DNA from: Eledone cirrhosa
Lineage: Eukaryota
Length of the DNA stretch: 64,000 nucleotides
Direction: 5' to 3'
Assembly (NCBI GenBank): GCA_964016885.1
Contig: OZ024742.1
Location: 219,976,001-220,040,000 of the forward strand
This document shows positions 50,521 through 64,000 of this stretch, piece after piece (positions within the stretch are counted from its first letter, which is position 1; every line of letters begins with the position of its first letter). The position numbers were made by a program, and so were the translations under genes. The notes beneath the pieces are model-generated. The model ran no database searches. It had not been told where the DNA came from and saw nothing but the letters and a program-made list of their open reading frames with translations.

Positions 50521-53500
50521 TACAAGCATCTGATCAGGGGAGCATTCTAGTCAGATAGGTGTTATCCTCATCAGAGGATGTGACAGATGGATGGTCGTAA
50601 ACACAAAAGCCTTCCCTAGCTTAGTTGTCAGCGACCTCACGGTCAGAACTAGACGAACCTAGAAACAGAAGCCAACCTGGAGAAGAAAGATCTGGAAGCT
50701 GAAAGACCCCTCAGCCAGTTACAGATTTAAAGATATTTTACTCAACGCCTATGACAGTAAAGAAGAACAGATAGAGACATTCAATGTTGAAGATCACTGG
50801 GAGTTCCTAAAAAATAACTTACTAAAGGTGACGGATGAGATCTGTGGCTGGAGTAAGACCACAGGCTGGAGGAGAGTGACTTGGTGGTGGAACAATAAGG
50901 TAGATGAGGCAGTTAAGGCCAAGAAATAGGCAGGGAAAGAATGGAAGAACGGGGGAAGCAGGGTACCTTACGTAAAGACCAGGAGGGAAGCTAGGCGACA
51001 AGTATACTTAGCTAGGAGGGAAGCAGAGGATAGAAAATTCAAGCATGTTTTGTAATGAGAGGACCAGAAACAGGAGGTGTTCAAGATTGTGAGGCAGTGT
51101 GTCAGAGAAAGTTGTGATGTCATTGAAGAGAAGTGTATCCGGAATGATAAAGGTGAGCTTGCCTTCACAAGTGCTGAGAAGAAAGATGTGTAGAAGAGCC
51201 ATTATGATAGATTACTAAATGAGGAGAATGCATGGGAAGAAGAGACCTTACCCCAAGTAGACCCTATAGAGCGGCCAGCAGTACAAGTCAGCAGCAGCGT
51301 AGTAAGTAAGGCAATCAAAGATATGAAGACGGAGAAGGCAACCGGTCCATCGGGTATAGCTGCCAAGATCCTGAAGGCATCTGGGTCGGTAGGTGCCACT
51401 ATAACCACACGTATTGTTAACCAGGTAATACTAGAAGGTGTCATACCAAAGGATTGGGGCAGTAGCATCATTGTCAACTGCTACATAGGTAAAGGTGATG
51501 CACTAGAGAGAGGAAACTATAAAGGTATCAAGCTGATGGACAAGGTCATGAAAGTAACAGAAAGAGTTATAGCACAGTTGATTAGGGACCGGGTGAAATT
51601 AGATGAGATGCGATTTGGGTTTGTGCCAGGAAGAAGCACCACTGATGCCCTCTTCCTTGTGAGGCAGTTACAGGAAAAGTACCTAGCTAAAAGTAAGTCG
51701 CTCTACCTGGTATTCGTCGATCTTGAGAAAGCCTTTGACAGAGTTCCCCGTGCTATAATCTGGTGGGCTCTTAGAAAACTAAGAGCAGATGAAAGCTGTA
51801 CAAGCCATGTATAGGGGAGCAGTCAGCAGCAAAGTTAGGATTAGCAATGACTATAGCGAGGAATTTAGTGTACAGGTCGTAGTCCACCAGGGCTCTGTTC
51901 TTAGCCCTCTCCTGTTCATCATAGTTCTGCAGGCAATAACGGAGGTGTTTAAGACCGGATGCCCATGGGAACTCCTGTATGCAGATGACCTCGTACTTAT
52001 AGCTGAATCTGTGGTAGAACTAGAGAAAAAATTCCAAACTTGGAAGCAGGGACTAGAAAGAAAGGGTCTCAAAGTCAACCTGACAAAGACTGTCCTTGTA
52101 ATCATCATCATCATCATCATCGTCATCGTTTAACGTCCATATTCCACGCTTGCATGGGTTTGGATGGGAGTTTTCCCACTTGAGGCAAGAGTGGTTGTCT
52201 TGCTCCCATAGGACTGTCTGGCGGGTTTTCTACGGCTGGATGCCCTTCCTAACACCAACCACATTTACAGTGTGGACTGGGAGGTTTTTACCGTGTTACC
52301 TACATGGCCACATTACAGCGTGGACTGTGTGTTTTTTTGTCATGACACCTACACAACCTTATTTGTTTCGGGCTGGATGTTGTGGCACCAACATAACTTT
52401 ACATTGAAAGGGGTGGTGTGGATGGGGTGGGGGTAGTGGGACGGGGGTGTATTTTGTTAGAGGTGCCTACTGACTGGAGTAGGTTTTACTTTGTATTTAG
52501 GTAAGGCGGGTCTTCTCTATTACTGTGTAGCGCCAAAGATCTCGGTCCAGTGACATTGTCTTGGAGAGGTGTAAGTGTGTGAGGTCAGAATTTATCAAGT
52601 CGTCCCAGGTTTTTCTGGGTCTGCCTACTCCGTGGCTACCGTCTATTTTTATTGCCCTGCACTTTTTTATACAGCTGTCGTCTTTCATGCACATCACGTG
52701 ACCATACCAACATAGCCTTCTCTCGAGTAAACAACATCTGATCCCTCTTATTTCTAATTTTTCCCTTAGTTCGTTAATGCTTTTCCGTTCACGTATTTTA
52801 CTATTACACATCCAGCTTCGTTCCTCTCTAGTCTGCATATATCCTCTGCACACAATGCCCAGGTCTCACTGCCATGCAACATTGCTGTTTGTATGCAGGC
52901 ATCATACAGCCTGCCTTTCATTTTTAGGGAGAACCCTTTAGCGGCTTATAGTGTTATAAGCTCTCTGAACTTTTTCCATCCAGTTCTGACTCTAGCTACT
53001 GTACTATCAGAGCACCCTCCCCCACTGCTGATTTTGTCACCCAGGTAACGGAAATAGACGAGAAAACAGAACCCAGATCCCTTCAGGGAAATCGCCTTGC
53101 TCAGTATGTAGGAAAGGTGTAGGTAGGAACTCCATTCTCTGCCCGAAATGCAAACAATAGGTACACAAGAGATGTAGCGGGATGTCAGGAAGCTTAACTA
53201 AGAATGTAGGCTTCACATGTAGCAGCTGTGCTGGGACAGCAAGCGGAAAACACCCACAGGAAACAAGTACCACTAAACTCTGGGAGGGCTCTGTAGAAAC
53301 AGTAGACAGCTTCTGCTACCTAGGTGACCAAATTAGCAGTGGAGGTGGGTGTTCGGAAAGTACAATAACTAGGGTAAGAACGGAATGGAAGAAGTTCAGG
53401 GAGCTACTGCCACTGCTAGCTGCAAAAGGCTTTTCCCTCAAAATGAAAGGCAAACTGTATGATGCGTGTATACGAACAGCAATGTTACATGGTAGTGACA

Positions 53501-54196
53501 CCTGGGCGCTGTCTGTGGAAGACTTGCATAGATTAGAAAGAAACGAAGCCTGTATGCTCCGATGGATGTGTAATAGTAATATACATGAACGGCAAAGCAT
53601 AAATGAATTGAGAGAGAGACTGAGCATAAGAGGAATCAAATGCTGTTTACAGGAGAGGCGGTTGCATTGGTATGGGCATGTGATGCTTAAGAAGGATGAC
53701 AGCTGCATAAAAAGGTGCAGAGCACTAGAAGTCGATGGAAACCGCGGAGTGGGGAGACCCAAGAAGACCTGGGATGAGTTGAGAAAAGCCGACCTTACCC
53801 AATTACACCTCTCAAAGGCGATGACACACGACTGTGACCTCTGGCATCACGCAGTAATACAGAAAACCCGACCTCCCACGGGTCCAAGCCGAAGCTGAAG
53901 CATATAGACGATATGCCCCCACACCCTCCCACTGCAAAGTGGTCGTGGAGGTGCCACGGCAAAAAAGCACTCAGCCCACACTGTAAAGTGGATATGTAGA
54001 CGCCACTAAAAAAGCACCCAGCACTCACTGTAAATGAGGTTGGTGTTAGGAAGGGCATCCAGCTGTAGAAATCAAGCCAGAATCAGTTCCCGTATGAGCA
54101 AGGCATGGTCAGCCGACTGAACACTGCCCACAACAGGACAACCCATCTAACCCATGCTAGCGTGGAAGAACAGACGTAAAACGGTGATGATGATGA

Positions 54197-54200
<4 letters not shown>
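50515..54200 (+). mobile_element. RTE LINE family 2 (decayed, 5'-truncated), interrupted by an antisense family 1 fragment
   Basis: Colinear with 42520-44940 but diverged, with stops. RT motifs FVDLEKAFDRVP, HQGSVLSP, YADDL; PHD remnant at 53098-53230; 3'UTR and (GAT)n tail. Confidence 0.92.
52101..53052 (-). mobile_element. RTE family 1 3' fragment nested in reverse orientation
   Basis: Reverse complement of 44373-45335. Removing it rejoins the host frame KTVLV|NRRENRTQIPSGK. Confidence 0.92.
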
Positions 54201-54265
<65 letters not shown>

Positions 54266-54392
54266 TAAAATCCCGACCCACAGCCATATCTGTGACCCAT
54301 ATCTTTCAAAGTAAATTTCTTTAATGTTTTGTGTAACTCAACTACAAATTTGTTCTTTAAATATATACCTTTTTTGCTATTGCAATATTAAT

Positions 54393-54575
54393 TGTTTCTA
54401 CGTTAGGCACAAGGCCAGCAATTACCCAGTGCATTACTGGTACTTTATTTTATCGACCCCGTAAGGATGAAAGGCAAAGTTAACCTCGGCGGGATTTTAA
54501 CTCAGAATGGCAAGGGCCGTAACTCTATACGTCAAAGCATGGCGTCCGACCCTCTACCAATACTGCCAATCCACC
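54393..54575 (-). mobile_element. SINE family B, young full-length copy
   Basis: 17-bp TSD GCTATTGCAATATTAAT (54376-54392, 54576-54592). Confidence 0.92.
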
Positions 54576-55707
54576 GCTATTGCAATATTAATGACAGCTT
54601 ATACAAAGTTAAATGCACTTGAGTGAACTAGTATAAATGTTTATATAATATGAAGCAAGACGTTTCAATTTTTCACTAACATAACCTTCTAATCAAGTAA
54701 GTTTAAACAGGGGTAGTAACAGTAGTTGACTTGTAAGTTTATCTATTCTGAAGGATGACATTTATAGAATGACAATGAAAATATTTTCATGAAATACATA
54801 TGACATAAAATTAACTCTTTAAATCTTCAACTTATCAATGTGAAAATTACAATGAAACTAGAGTAATTTTTAGCAATTTAAGAAATAAAATCTATTTGGA
54901 TAATTATTCAAATATAGAATAAGTGATCCTTTGAAATGTTTGTTTTGGCGCTTTTTTTGGCACAGAGTCAAATCACATGAAATACCATTCTCTCTCTGAC
55001 AATCATCACATAAGTATTAATAGCAGCGAGAAAATGAAAAGTAACTATAAATGGCTAAAATTAACACAGGTAATAAAAACAACAAAGATGGTTATAGTAT
55101 GACCAATGTAATATAAAGTAGGATAAAACAAAACAGTTTGGATGTATGCCAGCCTGAATGATTTCTGATGCCAAATACTATACAAGACATCTACTAGGGG
55201 AATACAGAGCTGGACAGAAATCCTAGACTATGTTTTGTGTCTGTAATGTTAAAGAAAGCATAAACTATGAGTGTAAAAGCTGAATTTCAAGAAGGAATGA
55301 AGACAAATTTAAAGTGAATGACACATGAAAATAGATATAAAATATAAAAGAAAACTTTGTGGGGGTTTTAAAAAATCAGAGTTGAAAATCTTTCAAGTTT
55401 GATTTAGCCAATAAACACATTGATCACTTGTTTTTTCTATATAAATTTAATTAAAATTAATTTTTTTAATGCTGATATAGAAAATAACAAAATAGTTACA
55501 TTGAATTTAGACACCACATACCAAAACATAGGAGGCTTTGTTCTATGCATACTGTTAATTAAATTCCATCCTTTTTTTTTTCATCCTCCCATGTGTAGAA
55601 AATAAATTTCTGGTTAAGCACTGAAGTTGATATAAATCACTTCCCCCCTATCTAGCATTTTTAGCTTGTATTATAGTAATAATAATTATTATTATCATTT
55701 AGAGTAA

Positions 55708-56130
55708 AGGCGGTGGATTGGCAGAATCGGTAGAGGGTCGGACGCCATGCTTTCCAGCATAGTTACTTCCCTTTACGATCTGAGTTCAAATCCCGCCGAG
55801 GTTGACTTTGCCTTTCATCCTTACGGGGGTCGATAAAATAAAGTACCAGTAATGCTCTGGGTGATTGCTGGCCTTGTGCCTAAAGTAGAAACAATTATTA
55901 TTTAGGGTAATGGTGGCTTGGCAGAGTCATAAGAATATCAGGCATAATGCCCTGCAGGTTTTAGTTATGGCTCTTTACATTCTGAGTTGAAATCCTGCTG
56001 AGGTCAATTTTGCCTTTCATCCTTCCAAGTTTGATAGAATAAAGTGTCAGTCAAGTACTGGAGTCAATTCAAGCAACTTTCCCCTCTCCCAAAATTGCTG
56101 CCCTTATGCCAATGTTAGAAAGAATTATTA
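55708..56130 (+). mobile_element. Two tandem family B SINEs (young copy in front of an older copy)
   Basis: Two successive A box / B box / GCCTTTCATCC bodies. Imperfect TSD-like ATTATCATTTAGAGTAA / ATTATTATTTAGGGTAA. Confidence 0.82.
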
Positions 56131-56199
56131 TGTTTTCTTTGTTCAACTTCTATTGCTGGAGATGTATTATGGTGTCAACTGTTCACTACCAGTGAACTG

Positions 56200-56870
56200 A
56201 GGTAACACCCCTTATTTTTCAAACACCCTCCAGAGTATTCAAGCTATTCCAAGCTCATATTGCAACCCCTATTTGTGCAATATACTTCTCAAGATCTTTA
56301 CTTACTGTTCCTAAGGCTACAACTATTAGTGGTATTACTACCAGCTTTTTCAGTGACTCCAACTGCTGAACTTCCCAAGCTAACCTGTCGTATCTATCAC
56401 CTTTTTTCTTTTTTATCATACACCTTATTATCAGCTGGACATGCTATATACATGATCCAAGACTGTTTGCTTTCTTTCTCAATTATCATAATATCTGGTT
56501 TCCTATGCTCCCTCTCATGGTCACACTGTATCACAAAGTCCCACAGGATCCTCGTATTATCATTTTTGATAACACCCTCACGTTTATGTCCACATGACTT
56601 TACTGCTCTATCAAGACCATATTGATTATCCTTGCAACATTGTCATGATGCTTCTTATATTCTTTCTGAGCTAATGGTGTACATAGTCTGGTAACATGCC
56701 ATACAGTTTCTCCTCTCTTGCCACAAATTCTGCACTTCCTGTTGTGTGGTATATTCTGTGTTTGATGTGATTGGTTCTTAGTACTTGCTCTTCAGCAGTA
56801 CAGACTAAGGCTTTTGTTTCTGGCTTTAAATATTGTTTAGTCATTCCTAACCACCTTTTCTCTCAGTCAG
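56200..56870 (-). mobile_element. R4/Dong-clade non-LTR fragment
   Basis: Minus strand KPETKALVCTAEEQVLRTN...CRICGKRGETVWHVTRLC...HHDNVAR...ILWDFVIQCD...RKPDIMII...IACP. Confidence 0.75.
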
Positions 56871-59800
56871 TAACTTACAATTGATGGGACTCAAGTCAGA
56901 ACACAAAGAGCTGGAACAGCCAGTGCCAAGAATCTTGTTTGATGCTCTCACAATTCTACCAATCCACTATCTGGACCTGGTACTTTATTTACTGACTTCA
57001 CATTGGTGAAAGGTGTAGTTAACCTTGGTGGGATTTAAACTTAAAATGTAGGGAGCAGGAACAAATACTGCAAATCATTCTATCTAAAGCTAGAAAGGGA
57101 CATGTATAATATTCTACATCCACTGGCACAATTAACAGGATGTTAATCAACTGTTAGATTTAGTAAATATATCATTATTTGGAAGAACTAATTAGTACTT
57201 ATTCCCTTAGAAGCTAGGATACAGAGCATGAGGGAGAAGTGAAATAGTTACTGTGACAATAAGTTAAAATGGGTGTTCATGAGTCAACAATGGCAAGCTA
57301 GTAGAAATAGCATCAACATTTCCTCAAATCTCACATATGACCTTAATAAAAGGAAAGACACATTGGAAGATTCAGTCTAAGATATACTAAAAGATGGGAT
57401 TTTGGCAATCTCCACATCATAAGTTTGCTTGATTAGAACTGACTTGGGATTAAACTACAAGAAAATAATGAGGATTCTTTCACCATCTTCATACTAGGTC
57501 GTATAATGTGTGAGAAATGACAAAACGTGAGTAAAATGAATTATTTTGCATGATATTTGAGTAAGAGATTCAATGCAAATGATGTGGTAGTAGTGGTTGT
57601 AGTGATGGTTGTTGTAGTGGTTGTAGTGATGGTTGCTGTGTTAGTAGTGGTTGTAGTGATGGTTGTTGTTGCTGTTGAGTAATTTCATTACTTCGACAAC
57701 AGTATAAGGTAAGCAAATAGCCAATCAAATATTTGGAACCAGTTCAAATGTGATGTTGCAGTATGGCTATGTCATACATTAGCAGATTCTAAGATTATGC
57801 TGTGTACATTGCAAGCAGAAAATAATAATAGATTTATATTGTTGACATGTCTAATGCTATATCATTAGGGACCTTGTTGATATGGCCTGTTATGTTCTGA
57901 GTTCAAATCTTTCTGAAGTTAGCTTTGACTTTTATCCTTAAAAGGTCAATAAAACTAAGTACCAGTAATACACAAGGTCAATTCCATTGACTTTCTCCTC
58001 CAAAATTGTTAGCCTTGTGTTTAAATCAGAAACCATTATTAGAGATTGATAAAAGCCAGTGTGAAGATAGACTAGGGAGTAAACAACACTATGTGATACA
58101 GAGATGGTTGATAGTGAGAGGTTGGATCAAACTGTAGCACTGGAAATTATCTGAATATAGACAAATAATTGCACCAATATGGATATGTGATGTGTACAAA
58201 TAAAACATACTTGAGGAAAAACCTATATGGAGATTCTGGTTGTGGGGAATATTCGTTGAATGAGAGGTAGGACAAAGTGGTGGTTTGACAGATAGTCATG
58301 TCAGAAAATTAATTAGGCTTTGCAGATAAAATGATACAAGATAAGAATGAACGGAAATATGTTGTAACACAAAACCGATAGCAGATTTAAAACTAAAGCG
58401 AAAGACTCTTCTACTATGACAATGATATCAGAGTTAGCACGACTATCTATCCTTGCTGTGATACAGTGTTGTTCATTTTCTCCTTATTGAATATACTGTG
58501 GGATGTACTAATAATGTCAACAACTAATTATACTTATCATGCAAACTAATCATCTAGCAATCTGGATTCATAAAAACAATAAGATTTCTGTCAGATTATA
58601 TATCAGCTGCCAATGAAACCTGCCTTCTAATATCGATTATTCCTGATATTGCCTATTTGAAACTTACAATTTTTGGGACACTTTCCTTTGTTAATTCATG
58701 CATAAATAATTTAATCTAAAAGTAAAGAATTCCTATTTTGTATTCTGGAAGTTCCATTATGTTAAATGAAGACTAATACATGTTGCAAATACACAATCAA
58801 TCTATAAGCTATTGACTTTACAATCTGCTGTCATATTTCAAGGAAAACATGTGTCAGTTCAATTGTATTTAATATTCATAAAAAAAGTAAAATGTGGTTA
58901 GACTCTTATTAGAGCTGTACTTTGATTCTAAGTAACTAAGTTTTCAGCCTAATTCAATATTCACAAAGTGATTTGCAACTCTTCATTAACAATTCATAAA
59001 TAAATTATATATGGTACTGGTTGTTCTATATCATTATCCCGTTTACTGACCATATTTCTCGGCAATTACAATGCTTATGTGAATTTTAAAAAGAATAAGC
59101 CATTTTATTAGTGAAGGTGGGTGGCTTATTGGTTAGAGAATTGGATTCACAATCATGAGGTGGTGAATTTGACTGTTGGACCAGGCGATGTGTTAGGTCC
59201 TTGGGCAAGACGCTTTATTTCATGTTGCTCCTTTTGCCAGGAGTTGTGACCAATAGATAGTATCAGCAATGGAAATAATAATGGAAACATTGTTTCCTTG
59301 GACCAATTTGACAAACTCCACTCCACATGGTAAGTGAATGAGGTAGTATGGGATCTTGTCAATTGATTCCCCCTTTTTTTTTTTATTAATGTGAATATTA
59401 AGTTAGGGTTTGGAACATATATTTATGAGGGAAGGTTTTAATTTACATATGAACATTTTAAAACAGGTGTTTTGTGTGAAGGAGTCAGAGGCAGATTTAC
59501 ATTTTAAAAATGGCTAATGATCTCTCAATAATTGAGGATTGCAAAGATTTTAGTACCTTCCAGCAATATTACTACTCTGCAGTGATACTGAACAGCACTG
59601 ATATTACTAGGTAATATTTGAGTTCTTTTGGTCCCAACTATAACTGTAACATCAGCAACATTGCAGCAGCAACTATTTTATTTTGTTTTACTAAATTACA
59701 CCCAGTCTGCACTGTAAGGCATCAATTCTGGTGCCATGATAAAAACACCCAGTCCACATCTAGACCTAATGGAGGTGGTATGTGAAGAAACCACATTATT

Positions 59801-62319
59801 TAGGCCTTGAATCAATCAAGTATTGGATAGAAAAACATAAAGGCATTGTAACTGAATATTGCTAAACAAATCTCATCAAAGCCCAACATTCAGTATTAGA
59901 AGAAAACATTTTTAACTTTGATGGAAAAACATACACACAAACAAGAGGAACTAGTGAGGACACAAAATGTGTTACTTTGTATGCTAACCTTGTGATGCGA
60001 TACCAAGAAGAAACATTATATCATGTTATATATAGATATCATTATACCAGAAACAACTTTTGGGCAAAATTTTAAATACATTGTCACAAAGAGGAAACGT
60101 TTTCGTAATGACTGCTATACTATTTGAAATTATTCAAAGGCAAACTATAAACTTTTCACAATATTTTTAATGCCTTATGCCCATCCATTAGTTTCATAAT
60201 AGAAACAAATGAGAAAGCTACCATGTTAGGACATATTCATAAAATTCTATAGCACCAGAAATACAAGACATTTTACAAAAAGACTGACAAACACCAATAT
60301 TTCAACTTCCATTCATGCCACCCTTCACATACCAAATGGAATATTCCATACAACAAGGCAATACGAATATGTGCAGTAGTAGACACAGCACTTAAGAGAC
60401 TAAGGGTTTTTCTTAAACATCAATTTAATAGATGACAGGATTAAAAAGGTAAAAGAACTGTATATATCTATACTTAGGATTACTAGACAAAAAGTTGAGG
60501 AAGATTTGTCAGCACCTGTGATCCAGGAATATAAAATATATTTGCCACCATTCAGGCAAACTCACCAATCCCATTCCAAAGTATAAAAATGAAAGATCCA
60601 ATGAAAAAAAACAAAAACAAAAAAAAAAACACTATCATCAATAGAACCAACAAAAGAACCTTGAAAACACTTTACAAGGGCAAAATTTACATCAGAAAAT
60701 AATTGCAAATTTTCTGTTAAAGCATGTAGGGTTGTGAGACATGAAGTAGAAATGTCTGTAACTATTTGTAAATGGGATCTGAAATAAAATTGAAAAATAG
60801 ATATGAAAATTAACTACAATAGAAAAAGATATAATAATTTGTAGTCAGTCTTGATTGCAAAGAGGATTATATTGGTCAGACCAGAATGAGTCAGAGAACA
60901 GAAACAGATAAAATAATCAGAACTAAGGAAAATCCCATTATGTGAACATTTAGAAATTTGCAGAAACAGCAAAATAAAAATATCTCTTTTTATAAAAGTT
61001 CAAGTGAAATGGAAAAATGTTTTATGAATAAATTCACTCTGGAACTTAACCATGGTGGCACTACTCAAAGGGATGCAGAAATTTATATAGGGAACATCCA
61101 GTTTAACTACCCTTCAATAACAACTAAATTTATATCTTGTTAAGTCTCATGAAAGATGAAAGTATAAGATTCAAATTACAAACGTTTTATTACATTACGA
61201 TTTTTGTATGAAGTGCTAAGATGAATTACATTTTGTGAAGTGTAACTACCAAGATATTTTCAATAAATTCACTGAACTTAAGATTCCAAAATCTGTTAAG
61301 CGTCTCAGTCCAGCTATCTCAGTAAATTTAGCTTCTAAATAGACAAGATTATGAAAGGTGCCAAACAGACAAAATGTTTAGAGCATAGGACAAAATGCGT
61401 TGTAGTTTTGTTTCCATGTGTTCTGAGTTCAAATCCTACCACAGTCAAATTGCTTTTCATTCTTTTGGAATCGATAAAATAATGTGCCAGTAGAGAGCAG
61501 TGGATTGGCAGAATAATTATTAGAGCATGAAATGAGTTGCCTTGAAGTATTTGTTTTGAGTCTTTGTGTTCTAAGTTCAAATCCTGCTGTGGCAGTAGAC
61601 TAATCCATTACTTGGTTTATAACTGCCATCAGGCATTGGAGTACCTATAGCAGAGTCCACTTTGTTGCAAGCATTTGAGGACACATTCTTCCCTTTCTAA
61701 CACCAATCATGGAGATCCTGAAAAAGGTCATGGGCACTGTCCTTCCCTCCCTTCTTAAACTAAAAAAAAATTAATTGAGAAGCAATTTAAATTTGATAAA
61801 GAATGCCTTTAACAAGTAAAAAATGGAATATAGTTTTACTACAAGTTAATTATTCTGTAAAAATACTGCTTTTATTGTAGACTCAACTGAAAGAGGCATA
61901 GAAATATCGAAAAATCTCATTACATGCAAATGTTTTTTTAATGAAGTAAGATTTTATCATTCCAAAAGCACATGCAATGCTAGGAAGACTTAATTATAGC
62001 CTCTCCAAATCGAAGAATTTATGTTAATATCCTTAAATAACATGAATTTAAATGAAGCATCTTAGTTACCATAAAAATCAAAGAGAGAGGAGGGGGTGAA
62101 AGAGGGAGCGAGAGAGAGAAAGAGAGAGGGAGAGATAAAAAAAAGTCTGTAAAAAAAAAGAGAGAGAGAAAAATGTAATAACCTAACATATTTTCAGTAG
62201 AAAACTACTGGTAGCACAAAACCTTGTATAGCGCTGGTATTCATAATTAACAGATTTGGTACATCTCAAACATGAAAAAAGACATTACTGTAGAGTTAGG
62301 AAGACCACAAACAGATTAA

Positions 62320-62549
62320 CCCGTTTGATATTAACCTACCCCAAAACGCCTCTGGCTCTATGTAACTAATATATTCGTTTAAGTGTTCCTACTTAAATTT
62401 AAACTTTCCAACATAATTGTATATAAGAATAATTGCTTATGTTACAAATATCATCTTAATGAAATTATAATTTTTGTAAATACTTTACAAATTCTTCATT
62501 AATTACTTAAAATACAATGTACTCCATTAGAAATATGGTGACAAAAGGG
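62320..62549. mobile_element. Old piggyBac-type MITE; right end plus flank tandemly duplicated (67 bp, 62497-62631)
   Basis: TTAA|CCCGTTTGATATTA ... TGGTGACAAAAGGG|TTAA with imperfect TIRs. Confidence 0.55.
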
Positions 62550-63489
62550 TTAAAGAACATTTACATTAATTACTTAAAATACAATGTACTCCATTAGAAA
62601 TATGGTGACAAAAGGGTTAAAGAACATTTACAGTGTTTGTGTTGTAATATATACATCTGGCAGCCATGCTAAAAAAACACCCAGTTACAAAAGATCCACC
62701 TAAAATATCTTGCAAAAATAGTAGCGCTGTTAATTGTATAATTATAGTGTGTATTATTAAGAATTGTTTAACTTATTTACTCAATTATCTTATCTAGACT
62801 CATTCTAATAGTACTCAGATAATGAAATTAATATACAGAACATATAATAAATTAATGATGACAACATTTTTCTGAAAATGTTAGATTTTGTTTTTTAAGT
62901 GATGGTGTCACTGTGTGAGGCTACCATCTCTCAAGTGCACTATATTTCATTTGTTTACCCTAATATTTTTCTCACAACACAACACAGGTAGTCAAGGAGA
63001 GGTCTCTTCAGTTGTGTCAAGAACATAACAACCTCCCTAGTGTTCGTGATCTACATGTTAAATGCACCCAGTACACACTGTAAAATGGTTGGTGATAAGA
63101 AGGGTATCCAGCCATAGAAAGCTTGCTAAACAAAGAGCTGGGAGGAAGTTTCAGTTATATCAAAGACATGACAACATCTCTAATGCTAGTGTCATGAGAA
63201 GATGCACTTGGTAGAATGTGGGACTGTATGTAAGCAAGATGGGAACACCCTGGCCTGACTGAGAAGTCAGTAACCCCACTTAAATAATGATGGTCTGTGA
63301 AGAGCCATCCAACACTTGCTATCAGGGAAAGTGGATGTTAAATGATGATGACAATGATGATGATGATGTCAAAACAGAACTAGAAGATGATAGACTAGCA
63401 TAGTGAATGACACAAGTCAAGAATGAAAAGAGACAGCTATATGGATTGCAGATTCGTTCAATCCAGACTAGTCAATAAAAAAATGCTTA

Positions 63490-63648
63490 ACTAATGATGA
63501 AAATGATAGGGATGATGATGATGATGATGATAGTGATGATGATAATGATGATAGTGATGATGATAGTGATGATGATGATAATGATAGTGATGATGATGAT
63601 AATGATAATAATGATGATGATGAAAATGATGATAGTGATGATGATAAC
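63490..63648 (+). repeat. Degenerate (GAT)n microsatellite
   Basis: Visible directly. Explains the poly-Ser ORF 63468-63722. Confidence 0.9.
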
Positions 63649-64000
63649 CTAAAGTTTACAGTAGAAATATTGAAAGGAATCAATACCAACAATATCAACA
63701 TTATAGCTAGATACAAACCCATAAAGTTTAATATGATTAAGATGTAAACTAAGTTAATCTGAAACTATGGAAATACTCTCATGTAAGATGAGTCAATAAT
63801 GGTGCTTCTACATGGTAGATAAACATACTATAAATAGTAGCCAAAGCTCCATTCTAGTCATCTGGTTTTGCCTGCCTCACGGCAACAGGCCACTATGCTC
63901 TTCTATTTTTCTCAGTCTCTGGCAAGGGTTCGTGCTTGAAACCAGTTTGTGCCACACCTGCACAGGTCATATTTTAAGGTGGATCTCCAAATTTTTCCAC

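Noticed and set aside
57000-64000. Possible host exons in the less repetitive right end
   Set aside because: Only highly decayed SINE/RTE/R4-like remnants (about 58.0-58.4k, 59.1k, 60.1-60.9k, 61.4k, 63.0-63.4k, 63.85-64.0k) were recognisable. No open spliceable frame could be supported.

Overview
AT-rich, gene-poor eukaryotic DNA made almost entirely of transposable elements and (TA)n/(TG)n/(GAT)n microsatellites. The repeat complement points to a mollusc, most likely an octopus-type cephalopod; this is inference and was not checked. No intact host gene was found, and most ORFs in the supplied track are microsatellite artefacts. Contents: two 5'-truncated Penelope-like elements (RT + GIY-YIG); a near full-length RTE LINE and a second, interrupted RTE, both carrying a PHD finger inside the RT; many RTE, R4/Dong, Tx1-like and CR1-like fragments; three non-autonomous Helitrons with recognisable termini; a CORE-type and a Meta/MESC-type tRNA-SINE family; and TA- and TTAA-flanked MITEs. 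The most notable signal is a dense set of type I hammerhead-ribozyme motifs: five well-formed (21528, 27506, 37063, 46852, 50306) and two decayed. They come from several unrelated microsatellite-embedded units. Four carry the compensatory U3-A8 core (UUGAWAA), and all five have palindromic stem III loops. They often sit next to fold-back (inverted) duplications. All structures were identified by eye and have not been folded or searched computationally.
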